Assembly (NCBI GenBank): GCA_963832145.1
Contig: CAWHTA010000011.1
Coordinates: 665,451-729,450 of the forward strand
Reading direction: 5' to 3'
DNA: 64,000 nucleotides
Origin: an uncultured Acidobacteriota bacterium
Lineage (GTDB): Bacteria; Acidobacteriota; Thermoanaerobaculia; UBA5066; Gp7-AA6
Shown here: piece after piece, positions 28,397 to 35,707 of the stretch
Layout: the number at the start of each line of letters is the position of its first letter
How positions within the stretch are numbered: position 1 is the stretch's first letter
The notes under the pieces: generated by a model
What the model saw: only the letters and a program-made list of their open reading frames with translations
What the model was told of the DNA's origin: nothing
Database searches by the model: none
Position numbers and translations under genes: made by a program

Positions 28397-28486
28397 TCCC
28401 GAAGGTGCCGTCGCGATCAGGCAGCCGCCTGAAGGGCGGCCATCAGTCATCGTGGAGGGGTCTGATCCCGCAGGGGTCTGACCCCG
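28342..28486. repeat. two 59-nt tandem units (period 69 nt) with internal GC hairpins plus a GGGGTCTGACCCC unit
   Basis: TCGCGATGAGGCAGCCGCCCGAAGGGCGGCC..ATCGTGGAGGGGTCTGATCCC (28342-28400) is repeated at 28411-28469 with about 9 mismatches. GGGGTCTGACCCC follows at 28473-28485. Confidence 0.85.
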
Positions 28487-28524
28487 GATATCGCTCCCAA
28501 GCGAATCAGCCGAGTCTCCCCGTC

Positions 28525-29071
28525 TCAGCGGGCGTCCGCCGCCTGGACGGACGCGAGAAGGGTCGCGAGGCCGAAAGAGCTTCGATATCGGACCGAGTTG
28601 ATGAACAGAGCGGGGGTGCCGCTCACACCGCTTCGACGCCCGCCGTCGACGACCGTCTTGACCCGGCGAGCGTGCGCGTGACTCGACCATCTCGTGTTGA
28701 AACCGGCGCACGTCCAGCCCGATGCTCGCCGCGTGACGCGCCAGGCGGAACTCGCCGAGAGCGCCGGGGTGGTCGAACATCCGATCGTGCATCTCCCAGA
28801 ACTTCCCCTGGGCGCCGGCGCACTCGGCCGCCTCGGCGGCTCTCTGCGACGACTCTCCCCCTTCCGAAGCGGGAAAAGCCCGAAAAACGTAGCGCACGGT
28901 CCGACCCATCTTTTTCTGCACCCGATTGACCGCCCGATAGGTCTTCAGGCATTCGGGGTTGGCGAAATCCCCATATCCGACGAGAGTGACGCGGGGACGA
29001 GCCGATCCCCGGACGTGATCCGTCCCGCGAACCGGCTCCGTGAGCCGGGACCTGTTGAGCTTTGGTGGCAT
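28525..29071 (-). pseudogene. DsbA-family thiol:disulfide oxidoreductase, reading frame broken near 28681
   Basis: The N-terminal part (..LVGYGDFANPEC..) is in the ORF 28337..29071 frame. The conserved C-terminus HAHARRVKTVVDGGRRSGVSGTPALFINSVRY..AADAR* is in another frame, ending at TGA 28525-28527. One extra base is needed near 28681. Confidence 0.7.
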
Positions 29072-29187
29072 CTTGAAATCCAGTAGCCGGTACTTGAAAA
29101 TGAACCGGGCACAAGCATGGTGAACGGTAACAAGGGGACCGGTCCAATCGTTTGTTTGATGGGACCTGAGACCTCGAAAGACTCACG

Positions 29188-30162
29188 ATGGAGCTTCGGC
29201 ATCTCCGCTACTTCGTAGCCGTCGCGGAGGAGCTGCACTTCGGTCACGCCGCGGCGCGGCTCCGCACCTCTCAACCCTCGCTCAGCCAGCAGATCCGCAA
29301 CCTCGAGAAGGAGCTTCGGGTCGAGCTCTTCCATCGGAGCAAGCGGAAGGTCGAGCTCACGTCCGCCGGCAGGCGGTTTCTGTCGGAGGCCAGGGAAATC
29401 CTCGCGGCCGCCGAAAGGGCCGCCGCTCTCGCGAGGGAGACCGAGCGGGAGGAGACGCAGAAGCTCATCATCGGCATCTGCCACAACACGGACTGGGAGT
29501 TCGTGGGAAGGGCGATCCGGGCCTTCGCGCAGAAGCTGCCCGCCGTGGAGCTCTCTTTCCAGAACCTGGTCCCCGAAGAGCAGTTGAAAGGGCTGCGGGA
29601 GGGGCGGCTGGACGTCGGCTTCATGGGGCTTCCGGTTGCGGAGGATTCCGACCTGGTCTCGGAAGTCACCGCCCGCATTCCTCTCGTCGTGGCGATCTCG
29701 TCGGGCCACCCGAAAGCCGGAAGGCGCGAGCTCACCCTCAAGCAGCTGAAAGGGGAGCCGTATGCGCTCTGGCCGCGCCACCTCGCCCCCGGCGTTTACG
29801 ATCAGATACTCGAGATCTTTCAGCGCGCCGGCTTCGGTCCTCCCGTCACGATGGAAGGCGGGATCCCTTCGGCACGCACCCTCATCGGCATGGTCGCGGC
29901 CGGCCTGACGATCGCGCTCGTCGATCCGGCGACGCGCGACATCGCTCCGAAGGGGGTCCGCTTCTTCTCGCTGCCCGAAGCCGAGGGGATCTCGGACTGG
30001 GGGGTCGTCTACCGGCGGAGCGACGGTTCGCCCGCACTCGCGGCGTTTCTCGAGGAAGTGAGAGGTGCGGCGGCTCCCCTGGCCGATCGGGCAACGATCG
30101 CGAAGCGTCGGCCGGAAGAGGTGAGCCTAAGAAGGTCGAGCGCCCGAGCCCGCGGAGGCTGA
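29188..30162 (+). CDS. LysR-family transcriptional regulator
   Basis: MELRHLRYFVAVAEELHFGHAAARLRTSQPSLSQQIRNLEKEL.. (wHTH). Divergent from the DsbA-like gene. Confidence 0.9.
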   Translation: MELRHLRYFVAVAEELHFGHAAARLRTSQPSLSQQIRNLEKELRVELFHRSKRKVELTSAGRRFLSEAREILAAAERAAALARETEREETQKLIIGICHNTDWEFVGRAIRAFAQKLPAVELSFQNLVPEEQLKGLREGRLDVGFMGLPVAEDSDLVSEVTARIPLVVAISSGHPKAGRRELTLKQLKGEPYALWPRHLAPGVYDQILEIFQRAGFGPPVTMEGGIPSARTLIGMVAAGLTIALVDPATRDIAPKGVRFFSLPEAEGISDWGVVYRRSDGSPALAAFLEEVRGAAAPLADRATIAKRRPEEVSLRRSSARARGG

Positions 30163-31107
30163 TCGCCGCGTCGAGTGAACGACGCGCGGGACGCAGAACC
30201 CGAAGGTACTCCCACCGCCGAGATTGTTGCGGGCCCAGATCCTCCCGCCGTGCGCATCCACGATCCAGCGCGCGATGTAGAGCCCCAGCCCGAGCCCCTC
30301 GCCATTCGCGCTCTTCAGCTGGGCGTATCGCTCGAAGATGACCTTCAGTTGCGTTTCAGGGATCCCCGGCCCCGTGTCACTCACTTCCACGAGCACGAAC
30401 CGGTTGTTGCGCTTGGCCTCGACGCGAACCTCCCCGTCCGCAGGGGAAAACCTGATGGCGTTGACGAGAAGGTTGGTGAGGACCTGCTGAATCCGGGGAG
30501 GATCGATCCGGGCGGGCAGGCGCGCCTCCGGCAGAATGGCCCGCAGCGAGATGGATTTCGCGTGGGCCAGCGGGCGGAATGCCTCCACGGACTCCCGCGC
30601 GACCCGGACGACATCATCCACCCCCGGGTTCACCGCGAGCTTTCCGACTTCGATCCGGGCCAGGTCCAGCAGGTCGCAGACGAGGCGCTCCATCTGCGTG
30701 ACCGCCCGCTGGATGCTCCGGACGCAGACCTCGTCTTCTTCCCGGGGGACGTGCTTCTCGGCGTGCCGTTGCAGCAGGCCTGCGTTCACGGAAACGACCG
30801 TGAGGTTGCTTCGCAGGTCGTGGCTCGTGATCGCGACGAACTCCTTGTGAGTCATCAGGGCGCCGTCGGAAGCCGCGTGGAAGGCCTGTTCCGCGACGAG
30901 TTGCGCGGACAGATTCTTCAGGCCCGAATCCATGTGGCCGCGCTCGAGCGATAACTGATTGTCGGTATCCCGTCGGCTTTCGTTCGTTTCCTCGACGAAG
31001 GGACCGCTGGATTCGCCCAGTTTTCGGTCGGATCGCTTCCGTTCCCGCCGGATCGTCGTGTCCGTCCGACGGCGGTCGGCCGTGCGGCGGGCTGTCTGCT
31101 CCGACAT
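30127..31107 (-). CDS. cytoplasmic histidine kinase (HisKA + HATPase_c only, no sensor or TM region)
   Basis: ..FVAITSHDLRSNL.. (H-box), ..LVNAIRFS.. (N), ..DTGPGI.. (G1), ..GEGLGLGL.. (G2). ATG at 31107 follows GGGAGA. Convergent 36-nt overlap with lysR. Confidence 0.82.
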   Translation of the reverse strand: MSEQTARRTADRRRTDTTIRRERKRSDRKLGESSGPFVEETNESRRDTDNQLSLERGHMDSGLKNLSAQLVAEQAFHAASDGALMTHKEFVAITSHDLRSNLTVVSVNAGLLQRHAEKHVPREEDEVCVRSIQRAVTQMERLVCDLLDLARIEVGKLAVNPGVDDVVRVARESVEAFRPLAHAKSISLRAILPEARLPARIDPPRIQQVLTNLLVNAIRFSPADGEVRVEAKRNNRFVLVEVSDTGPGIPETQLKVIFERYAQLKSANGEGLGLGLYIARWIVDAHGGRIWARNNLGGGSTFGFCVPRVVHSTRRSASAGSGARPS

Positions 31108-31233
31108 TTTTCTCCCTGGAATGTTTCTACGGTAGAGGCCGCTCTCGATCATCGCCAATCGTTTGAATGTCTCACTCCGAGATGTGGAAACGCTTTGTCT
31201 GCGCTCTCGCGAAAGGCGCAAGTATTTGAAGTG

Positions 31234-31258
31234 CAATGTCGTACGGGGTACGACATTG
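31234..31258. promoter_or_regulatory. perfect 11-bp inverted repeat (operator or hairpin candidate) in the divergent HK/DGC intergenic region
   Basis: CAATGTCGTAC-GGG-GTACGACATTG. Confidence 0.45.
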
Positions 31259-31355
31259 ATTCCGGAAAGAGGATGACTACCCTTGCCGCAAGTGGAAAAG
31301 CGATAATGGAGTCGTCGCCAGCGTTGGCGCCGAGCCCCCCGCAGCGGGGGGTTGG

Positions 31356-32915
31356 GTGACTATGCCGAGCAAAACGAAAGTGGACCTCGCGGCCGAGAAC
31401 GAGTCGTTGAGAGCCCGTCTCTCCGATCTCGAGCGCTGCGTCGCCGAAGCGGTTCAAAACACGAACGTCGCTCACCCGGTCGATCAGACTCTGCGCGAAT
31501 CCGAGGTGCGCTACCGCCGGCTTTTCGAGACGGCGAAGGACGGCATACTGATCCTCGATGCGGAGAGCGGCAAGATCACCGACGCCAATCCCTTCCTGGA
31601 GGTCATGCTCGGCTATTCCCGTGACGAGATGATCGGGCGAGCCCTGTGGGAAATCGGACCCTTCAAGGACGTCGCGGCCAGCCGGAGCGCCTTCCGGGAG
31701 CTTCAGAGGAACGAATACATCCGGTACGAAGACCTTCCCCTCGAGACGAAAGACCACGAACGCCGGAGCGTCGAGTTCGTCAGCAACGTCTACCTCGAGG
31801 ACGGCAACCGCGTCATCCAGTGCAACATCCGCGACGTCACGACGCGCAAGCGGGCGGAGGAGATCGCCGAGTACGACAAGGAGCAGCTTGTCGACCGCGT
31901 CCGGGAGTTGCGCCGCCGGGACAGCGACATGAAGGTCTTGAACCGCATGACCGAGCTCCTCCAGATGTGCTCGACCGAGGACGAAATCCATCGCGTGGTT
32001 TCGCTGATGGCGGACGAGCTTTTCCCCGGTATGAACGGCTTTCTGGCGATCCTGAGGACCGACGATCGTCTCGAGACGGTCTCCCGCTGGGGCGCCGAGC
32101 CTCCCCAGCAGTCTTCGTTTCCGCTGGAAGACTGCTGGGCAATGCGGCGGGGTCAGCCCCATGAAGTGCTGGACCCTCACGGAAGCCTGCTCTGCCGTCA
32201 CTTCATCCTTCGGTCCGAGACCGGCTACCTGTGCGTGCCGCTTGTGGTGCAGGGAGAGACTCTGGGCGTCCTGTCCCTCACGGGACTGTCCTCGGGCAAG
32301 GGAGAGAGCCCCGGCAGTCAGAGGTCGCTCGCGGTGACCGTGGGCGAGGACATCAAGCTGTCTCTCTTCAACCTGAGGCTGCGCGAGAAGCTTCGCGAAC
32401 AGGCCACGCGCGATCCGCTGACGGGGCTATACAACCGCCGTTACCTGGAAGACAGTCTGGCCCGCGAGCTCCATCGAACCACCCGCGAGGGGGCACCGCT
32501 CTGCGTCGCGATGCTGGACCTGGACTACCTGAAGAAGTTCAACGACACCTTCGGGCACGACGCGGGAGATCGGGTCCTGCGCGAGCTCGGCCGGGTGTTG
32601 AGCGAGAAACTGCGCAAGAGCGACATCTCCTGCCGTTTCGGCGGCGAGGAGTTCGTTCTCGTGCTGCCCGGCTCCTCGATCGAGGACGCCCGTAACCGCG
32701 TCGAGGAAATCCGGTTGCTGGTCAAAAACCTGCAGATTCGCCACGAGGACCAGATTCTCGGCCGCGTCACCGTTTCGGGCGGGCTCGCGTCGTCACCGGA
32801 GCACGGCTCGACCGCCGAGGAGTTGCTTCGCGCCGCGGACGAGGCGCTCTACACGGCGAAAGAAAGCGGCCGCGATCGGGTGATTCCTTTTCATAAGAAA
32901 GCCCAGGCCGAGTAA
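31356..32915 (+). CDS. PAS-GAF-GGDEF diguanylate cyclase
   Basis: PAS (..RYRRLFETAKDGILILD..), a GAF-like middle region, and GGDEF (..RDPLTGLYNRR..DLDYLKKFNDTFGHDAGD..RFGGEEFVLVL..). The start may be ATG 31362. Confidence 0.88.
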   Translation: MTMPSKTKVDLAAENESLRARLSDLERCVAEAVQNTNVAHPVDQTLRESEVRYRRLFETAKDGILILDAESGKITDANPFLEVMLGYSRDEMIGRALWEIGPFKDVAASRSAFRELQRNEYIRYEDLPLETKDHERRSVEFVSNVYLEDGNRVIQCNIRDVTTRKRAEEIAEYDKEQLVDRVRELRRRDSDMKVLNRMTELLQMCSTEDEIHRVVSLMADELFPGMNGFLAILRTDDRLETVSRWGAEPPQQSSFPLEDCWAMRRGQPHEVLDPHGSLLCRHFILRSETGYLCVPLVVQGETLGVLSLTGLSSGKGESPGSQRSLAVTVGEDIKLSLFNLRLREKLREQATRDPLTGLYNRRYLEDSLARELHRTTREGAPLCVAMLDLDYLKKFNDTFGHDAGDRVLRELGRVLSEKLRKSDISCRFGGEEFVLVLPGSSIEDARNRVEEIRLLVKNLQIRHEDQILGRVTVSGGLASSPEHGSTAEELLRAADEALYTAKESGRDRVIPFHKKAQAE

Positions 32916-32935
32916 GTCGTTCCTCTGTAAGAGCT

Positions 32936-33064
32936 CCCGGCTGGCGGCTTCGAGTGGCGGAGGAGGAGAGATTAGCGACGGCTCGACGCCGTCGCTTGTC
33001 GCCTCGGCTTCGCCGAGGCTCGGTACGAACCCCCGGCTGGCGGCTTCGAGTGGCGGAGGAGGAG
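32936..33064. repeat. 33-nt direct repeat duplicating the tRNA-Ser(UGA) 3' end plus its 3' flank
   Basis: CCCGGCTGGCGGCTTCGAGTGGCGGAGGAGGAG at 32936-32968 and 33032-33064. The last 14 nt of the second copy are the tRNA 3' end. The 63-nt spacer has two hairpins. Confidence 0.8.
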
Positions 33065-33138
33065 GGATTCGAACCCCCGGTGCCTTACAGCACAGCGGTT
33101 TTCAAGACCGCCGCCTTAAACCACTCGGCCACTCCTCC
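33051..33138 (-). tRNA. tRNA-Ser (anticodon UGA), CCA encoded
   Basis: Reverse complement GGAGGAGTGGCCGAGTGG..GGTCTTGAAAACC..(long variable arm)..GGGGGTTCGAATCCCTCCTCCTCCGCCA; 7-bp acceptor stem; anticodon loop CUUGAAA. Confidence 0.9.
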
Positions 33139-33169
33139 GGAAAAATAGTGTAGCAGCGGGGTCTTCACT

Positions 33170-33274
33170 GTCATCCTGAGCGCAGCGAAGGATCTGGATC
33201 CCTTTCGACGGAGCCACAGATTCCTCGTCGCTTCGCTCCTCGGAATGACAAGGGGGTTCGCTCCTCGGAATGAC
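33170..33274. repeat. GTCATYCYGAG-type palindromic repeat cluster
   Basis: GTCATCCTGAGCGCAGCGAAGGATCTGG...CACAGATTCCTCGTCGCTTCGCTCCTCGGAATGAC..CGCTCCTCGGAATGAC. Confidence 0.85.
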
Positions 33275-33290
33275 AGGCGAAGGCGCCTCT

Positions 33291-34085
33291 TCACGGAGGT
33301 TCCTCCCGCTTCCGGTTCTCCTGAAGTCTGCGGGCGATTTTCGTCGAGAGTCGACGCGGCGACAAACGTGCGCCGAGCGCCAGCACGCGGTTGGCGAATC
33401 CCGGAACGACGACCCGCTTACCCCGTTTCGCGCCGTCCCAACCGACCCGAGCGACGCTCGCTGCGTCCCAGACGAGCGGCCCGCGGAGGAGCGGCACGTC
33501 GCCGAACCCGGCCTTCTCCTGGAACTCGGTGCGCGTGGGGCCCGGGCAGAGCGCCGTCGCCGTCACCCCGGTCCCGGAGAGCTCCTCGGCGAGCGCCTCG
33601 GTGAACGAGAGCACGTACGCCTTGGTGGCGTAGTAGACGGCCATCAGCGGTCCGGGCTGGAACGCGGCCGTGGACGCGACGTTCAGGATGCGGCCACCGC
33701 GACGCTCGATCATCCCGGTCACGCAGTACTTGGTGAGCTCGGTCAGCGCGAGAACGTTGATGCGAAGCATCTCGAGCTCGCGGTCGAGCGGTGTCTCCGC
33801 GAAGAGGCCGTGGACGCCGATCCCCGCGTTGTTGACGAGAAAGTCGACTCCGCCGTTGCGGGCGCTGGCGATCTGGAAAACGCGTTGCGCGGTACCCGGT
33901 TCGGCGAGGTCCGCCACGACGATCTCGGCGGTGACCCCGAACCGCGTCGTCAGCTCCTGGGCGAGCTCCGCCAGCCGCTCGCGCCGGCGCGCAACGAGCA
34001 CGACGTCGAGCCGATCCCTCGCCGCCAGTCTTGCAAGCTCACGCCCGATCCCGCTCGATGCTCCGGTGACGAGAGCAGTCGGCAT
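33291..34085 (-). CDS. SDR-family oxidoreductase
   Basis: MPTALVTGASSGIGRELA.., ..NNAG.., ..YYATKAY... ATG at 34085 inside ORF 33291..34202. Confidence 0.85.
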   Translation of the reverse strand: MPTALVTGASSGIGRELARLAARDRLDVVLVARRRERLAELAQELTTRFGVTAEIVVADLAEPGTAQRVFQIASARNGGVDFLVNNAGIGVHGLFAETPLDRELEMLRINVLALTELTKYCVTGMIERRGGRILNVASTAAFQPGPLMAVYYATKAYVLSFTEALAEELSGTGVTATALCPGPTRTEFQEKAGFGDVPLLRGPLVWDAASVARVGWDGAKRGKRVVVPGFANRVLALGARLSPRRLSTKIARRLQENRKREEPP

Positions 34086-34104
34086 TCGCCGCGGCGGAAA
34101 TCCT

Positions 34105-35694
34105 TCAGACCGCTCGGGACGAATCGACGGCGGTGGAGGGCTGGGTCTCCCGCTGCCGGACGGTGGCCGGCTCCGGTTCCGCCAGCCGCCGCGGCTTGGC
34201 AACGTACGTCCACGCGTTCGCGAGCTCCGCCTTCCACCAGCGCAGGAGGCCGTGCGCGAACATCACGAACATCGAGCCGCGCACCGAGAACCCGACGAGT
34301 CCCGGGCGACGGCCCGCGTTGTGGTTCCCGTAGATGCCGAGCGCTTTCTTCCGTTTGGCGATCGCCGTCAGTCGGCGGTTGTAGAAACGGATCGGGTAGA
34401 AGCCCACCTCCGCGCCGTCCTGGTAGAAAGGGGGGACGCCGAGTCGATCGGCCTTCCAGCGGTAGATCGGCATCACGGCCGCCATGTAGTAGAGCGAGGT
34501 GTCGAGAAGGAAGCTCGCCGTCATGGCGTCGTAGTCGCCCATGACGTAGTACTTGTCGCGGAAGATCGCTTCGTAGAAGTAGTGGAAGTACCGGCCGTAT
34601 CCCCGGTTGTGGTCTTCGTATTCCTGCGTCATCTCCTCGCCGGCGAGGGCGCGGCGGATGAGCTCGACCCGCATGTGCACGGAGAAAGACATCTGGTCGA
34701 GGCCGGGCGAGTAGAACGGGTCGAGAAATCCGCCCGCGTCGCCCACGCACGTCCAACCCGGCCCGATGTAGCGATCGACGAAGTAGGGGAGGTGCCCGTA
34801 CGAGCGGACGTCCTGATCGATCGGCTCGGCGTGCTCCAGGAGCTCGCGCGTCAACGGGTTCGAATCGAGAAACCGCGTGAGCTTCTCGAGGGGCGTCTTC
34901 CCTTCGGGGGTCAAGAGGCGCTTGTCCCAGACGAGGCCGACGCTCGTCTCGCCCCCCTGCAGCGGAATGAACCAGATCCAGTAGCCCCAACCGGTGAAGT
35001 GGTTCGTCGCGAGGCGGCGTGACGCGAGGACCGCCCGGGCCCAGGGATCGGCGGGATCGGGACCGGCGACCTCGAGCCCGTCGAGGTCCTTTACACCGCG
35101 GTAGCGCACCCAGATCGCCGACGTGGGATGTGACTCGATCGGCGTCACGCCGCCGCGCTTGCGCGCGAGCATGGCGTGGCGGCCGGTCGCGTCGACGAGC
35201 CAGCGGCACTGGACCGTCGCGCGCGAGCCGTCGGCCTTCTCCACCGTCACGGTGTTGCCGGCCTCACCGCCGAGCTCGAAGGCGGTCAGCCGCGCCGGGC
35301 GCCACACTTCCGCTCCCTCCTCGGCGGCGACCTCGAGGAGGTGCTCGTCGAGCTTCGCGCGGTCCAGCTGGAACGACGGAACCCGGACGAGCTGCGTCGG
35401 CCCGACTTCCGAAGCTTCCCGGAGGTTCGTGACGTCCGAGTTGCAGAACCAGTAGCGGAACGCCTGCTTGGGGAGCTGTTCGCGGCTGAGGTAGTCGTAC
35501 TGCTTGAGAACCCGCGTCAGAAAGTACGAGGACACTTCGACGGTGGACTCGCCCACCTTCCAGTCGAAAGCGTCGCTCTTCTCGACCACGAGCACCCGGA
35601 TCCCGGGGATGCGGCGGCCGAGCAGGATCGCTGTCGAGGCGCCGGCGACGGCGCCGCCGGCGATGACAACGTCGTAGGAGAGGTTTTCGTCCAT
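34105..35694 (-). CDS. FAD-dependent oxidoreductase of the flavin-dependent halogenase / tryptophan-halogenase-like family
   Basis: ..YDVVIAGGAVAGASTA.. (GxGxxG), ..GWGYWIWFIPL.. (WxWxIP) and ..GDAGGFLDPFYSPGLD.. (FxDPxxSxG). ATG at 35694. Confidence 0.75.
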   Translation of the reverse strand: MDENLSYDVVIAGGAVAGASTAILLGRRIPGIRVLVVEKSDAFDWKVGESTVEVSSYFLTRVLKQYDYLSREQLPKQAFRYWFCNSDVTNLREASEVGPTQLVRVPSFQLDRAKLDEHLLEVAAEEGAEVWRPARLTAFELGGEAGNTVTVEKADGSRATVQCRWLVDATGRHAMLARKRGGVTPIESHPTSAIWVRYRGVKDLDGLEVAGPDPADPWARAVLASRRLATNHFTGWGYWIWFIPLQGGETSVGLVWDKRLLTPEGKTPLEKLTRFLDSNPLTRELLEHAEPIDQDVRSYGHLPYFVDRYIGPGWTCVGDAGGFLDPFYSPGLDQMSFSVHMRVELIRRALAGEEMTQEYEDHNRGYGRYFHYFYEAIFRDKYYVMGDYDAMTASFLLDTSLYYMAAVMPIYRWKADRLGVPPFYQDGAEVGFYPIRFYNRRLTAIAKRKKALGIYGNHNAGRRPGLVGFSVRGSMFVMFAHGLLRWWKAELANAWTYVAKPRRLAEPEPATVRQRETQPSTAVDSSRAV

Positions 35695-35707
35695 GGCGGG
35701 AGCGATT

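Noticed and set aside
28342-28486. Possible CRISPR array (also considered for the heptamer arrays at 4046, 22885, 51361 and 52349).
   Set aside because: There are only two 59-nt units with a 10-nt spacer. The heptamer arrays have no spacers at all. There are no cas genes in the window, and the units are imperfect and hairpin-forming like REP elements.
29072-29187. LysR-box (T-N11-A) operator in the DsbA/LysR intergenic region.
   Set aside because: Several T-N11-A matches exist by chance in this AT-richer spacer, and I could not single out a dyad-symmetric site with confidence.
33085-33294. Small ORFs translating repeat elements (e.g. 33085..33294, 61616..61801, 32954..33148, 40048..40230).
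   Set aside because: They overlap tRNA genes or GTCATYCYGAG repeats. Their peptides (SFRGAKRRG, VIPRSEATRNL) are the recurrent translation of the repeat consensus, not genes.
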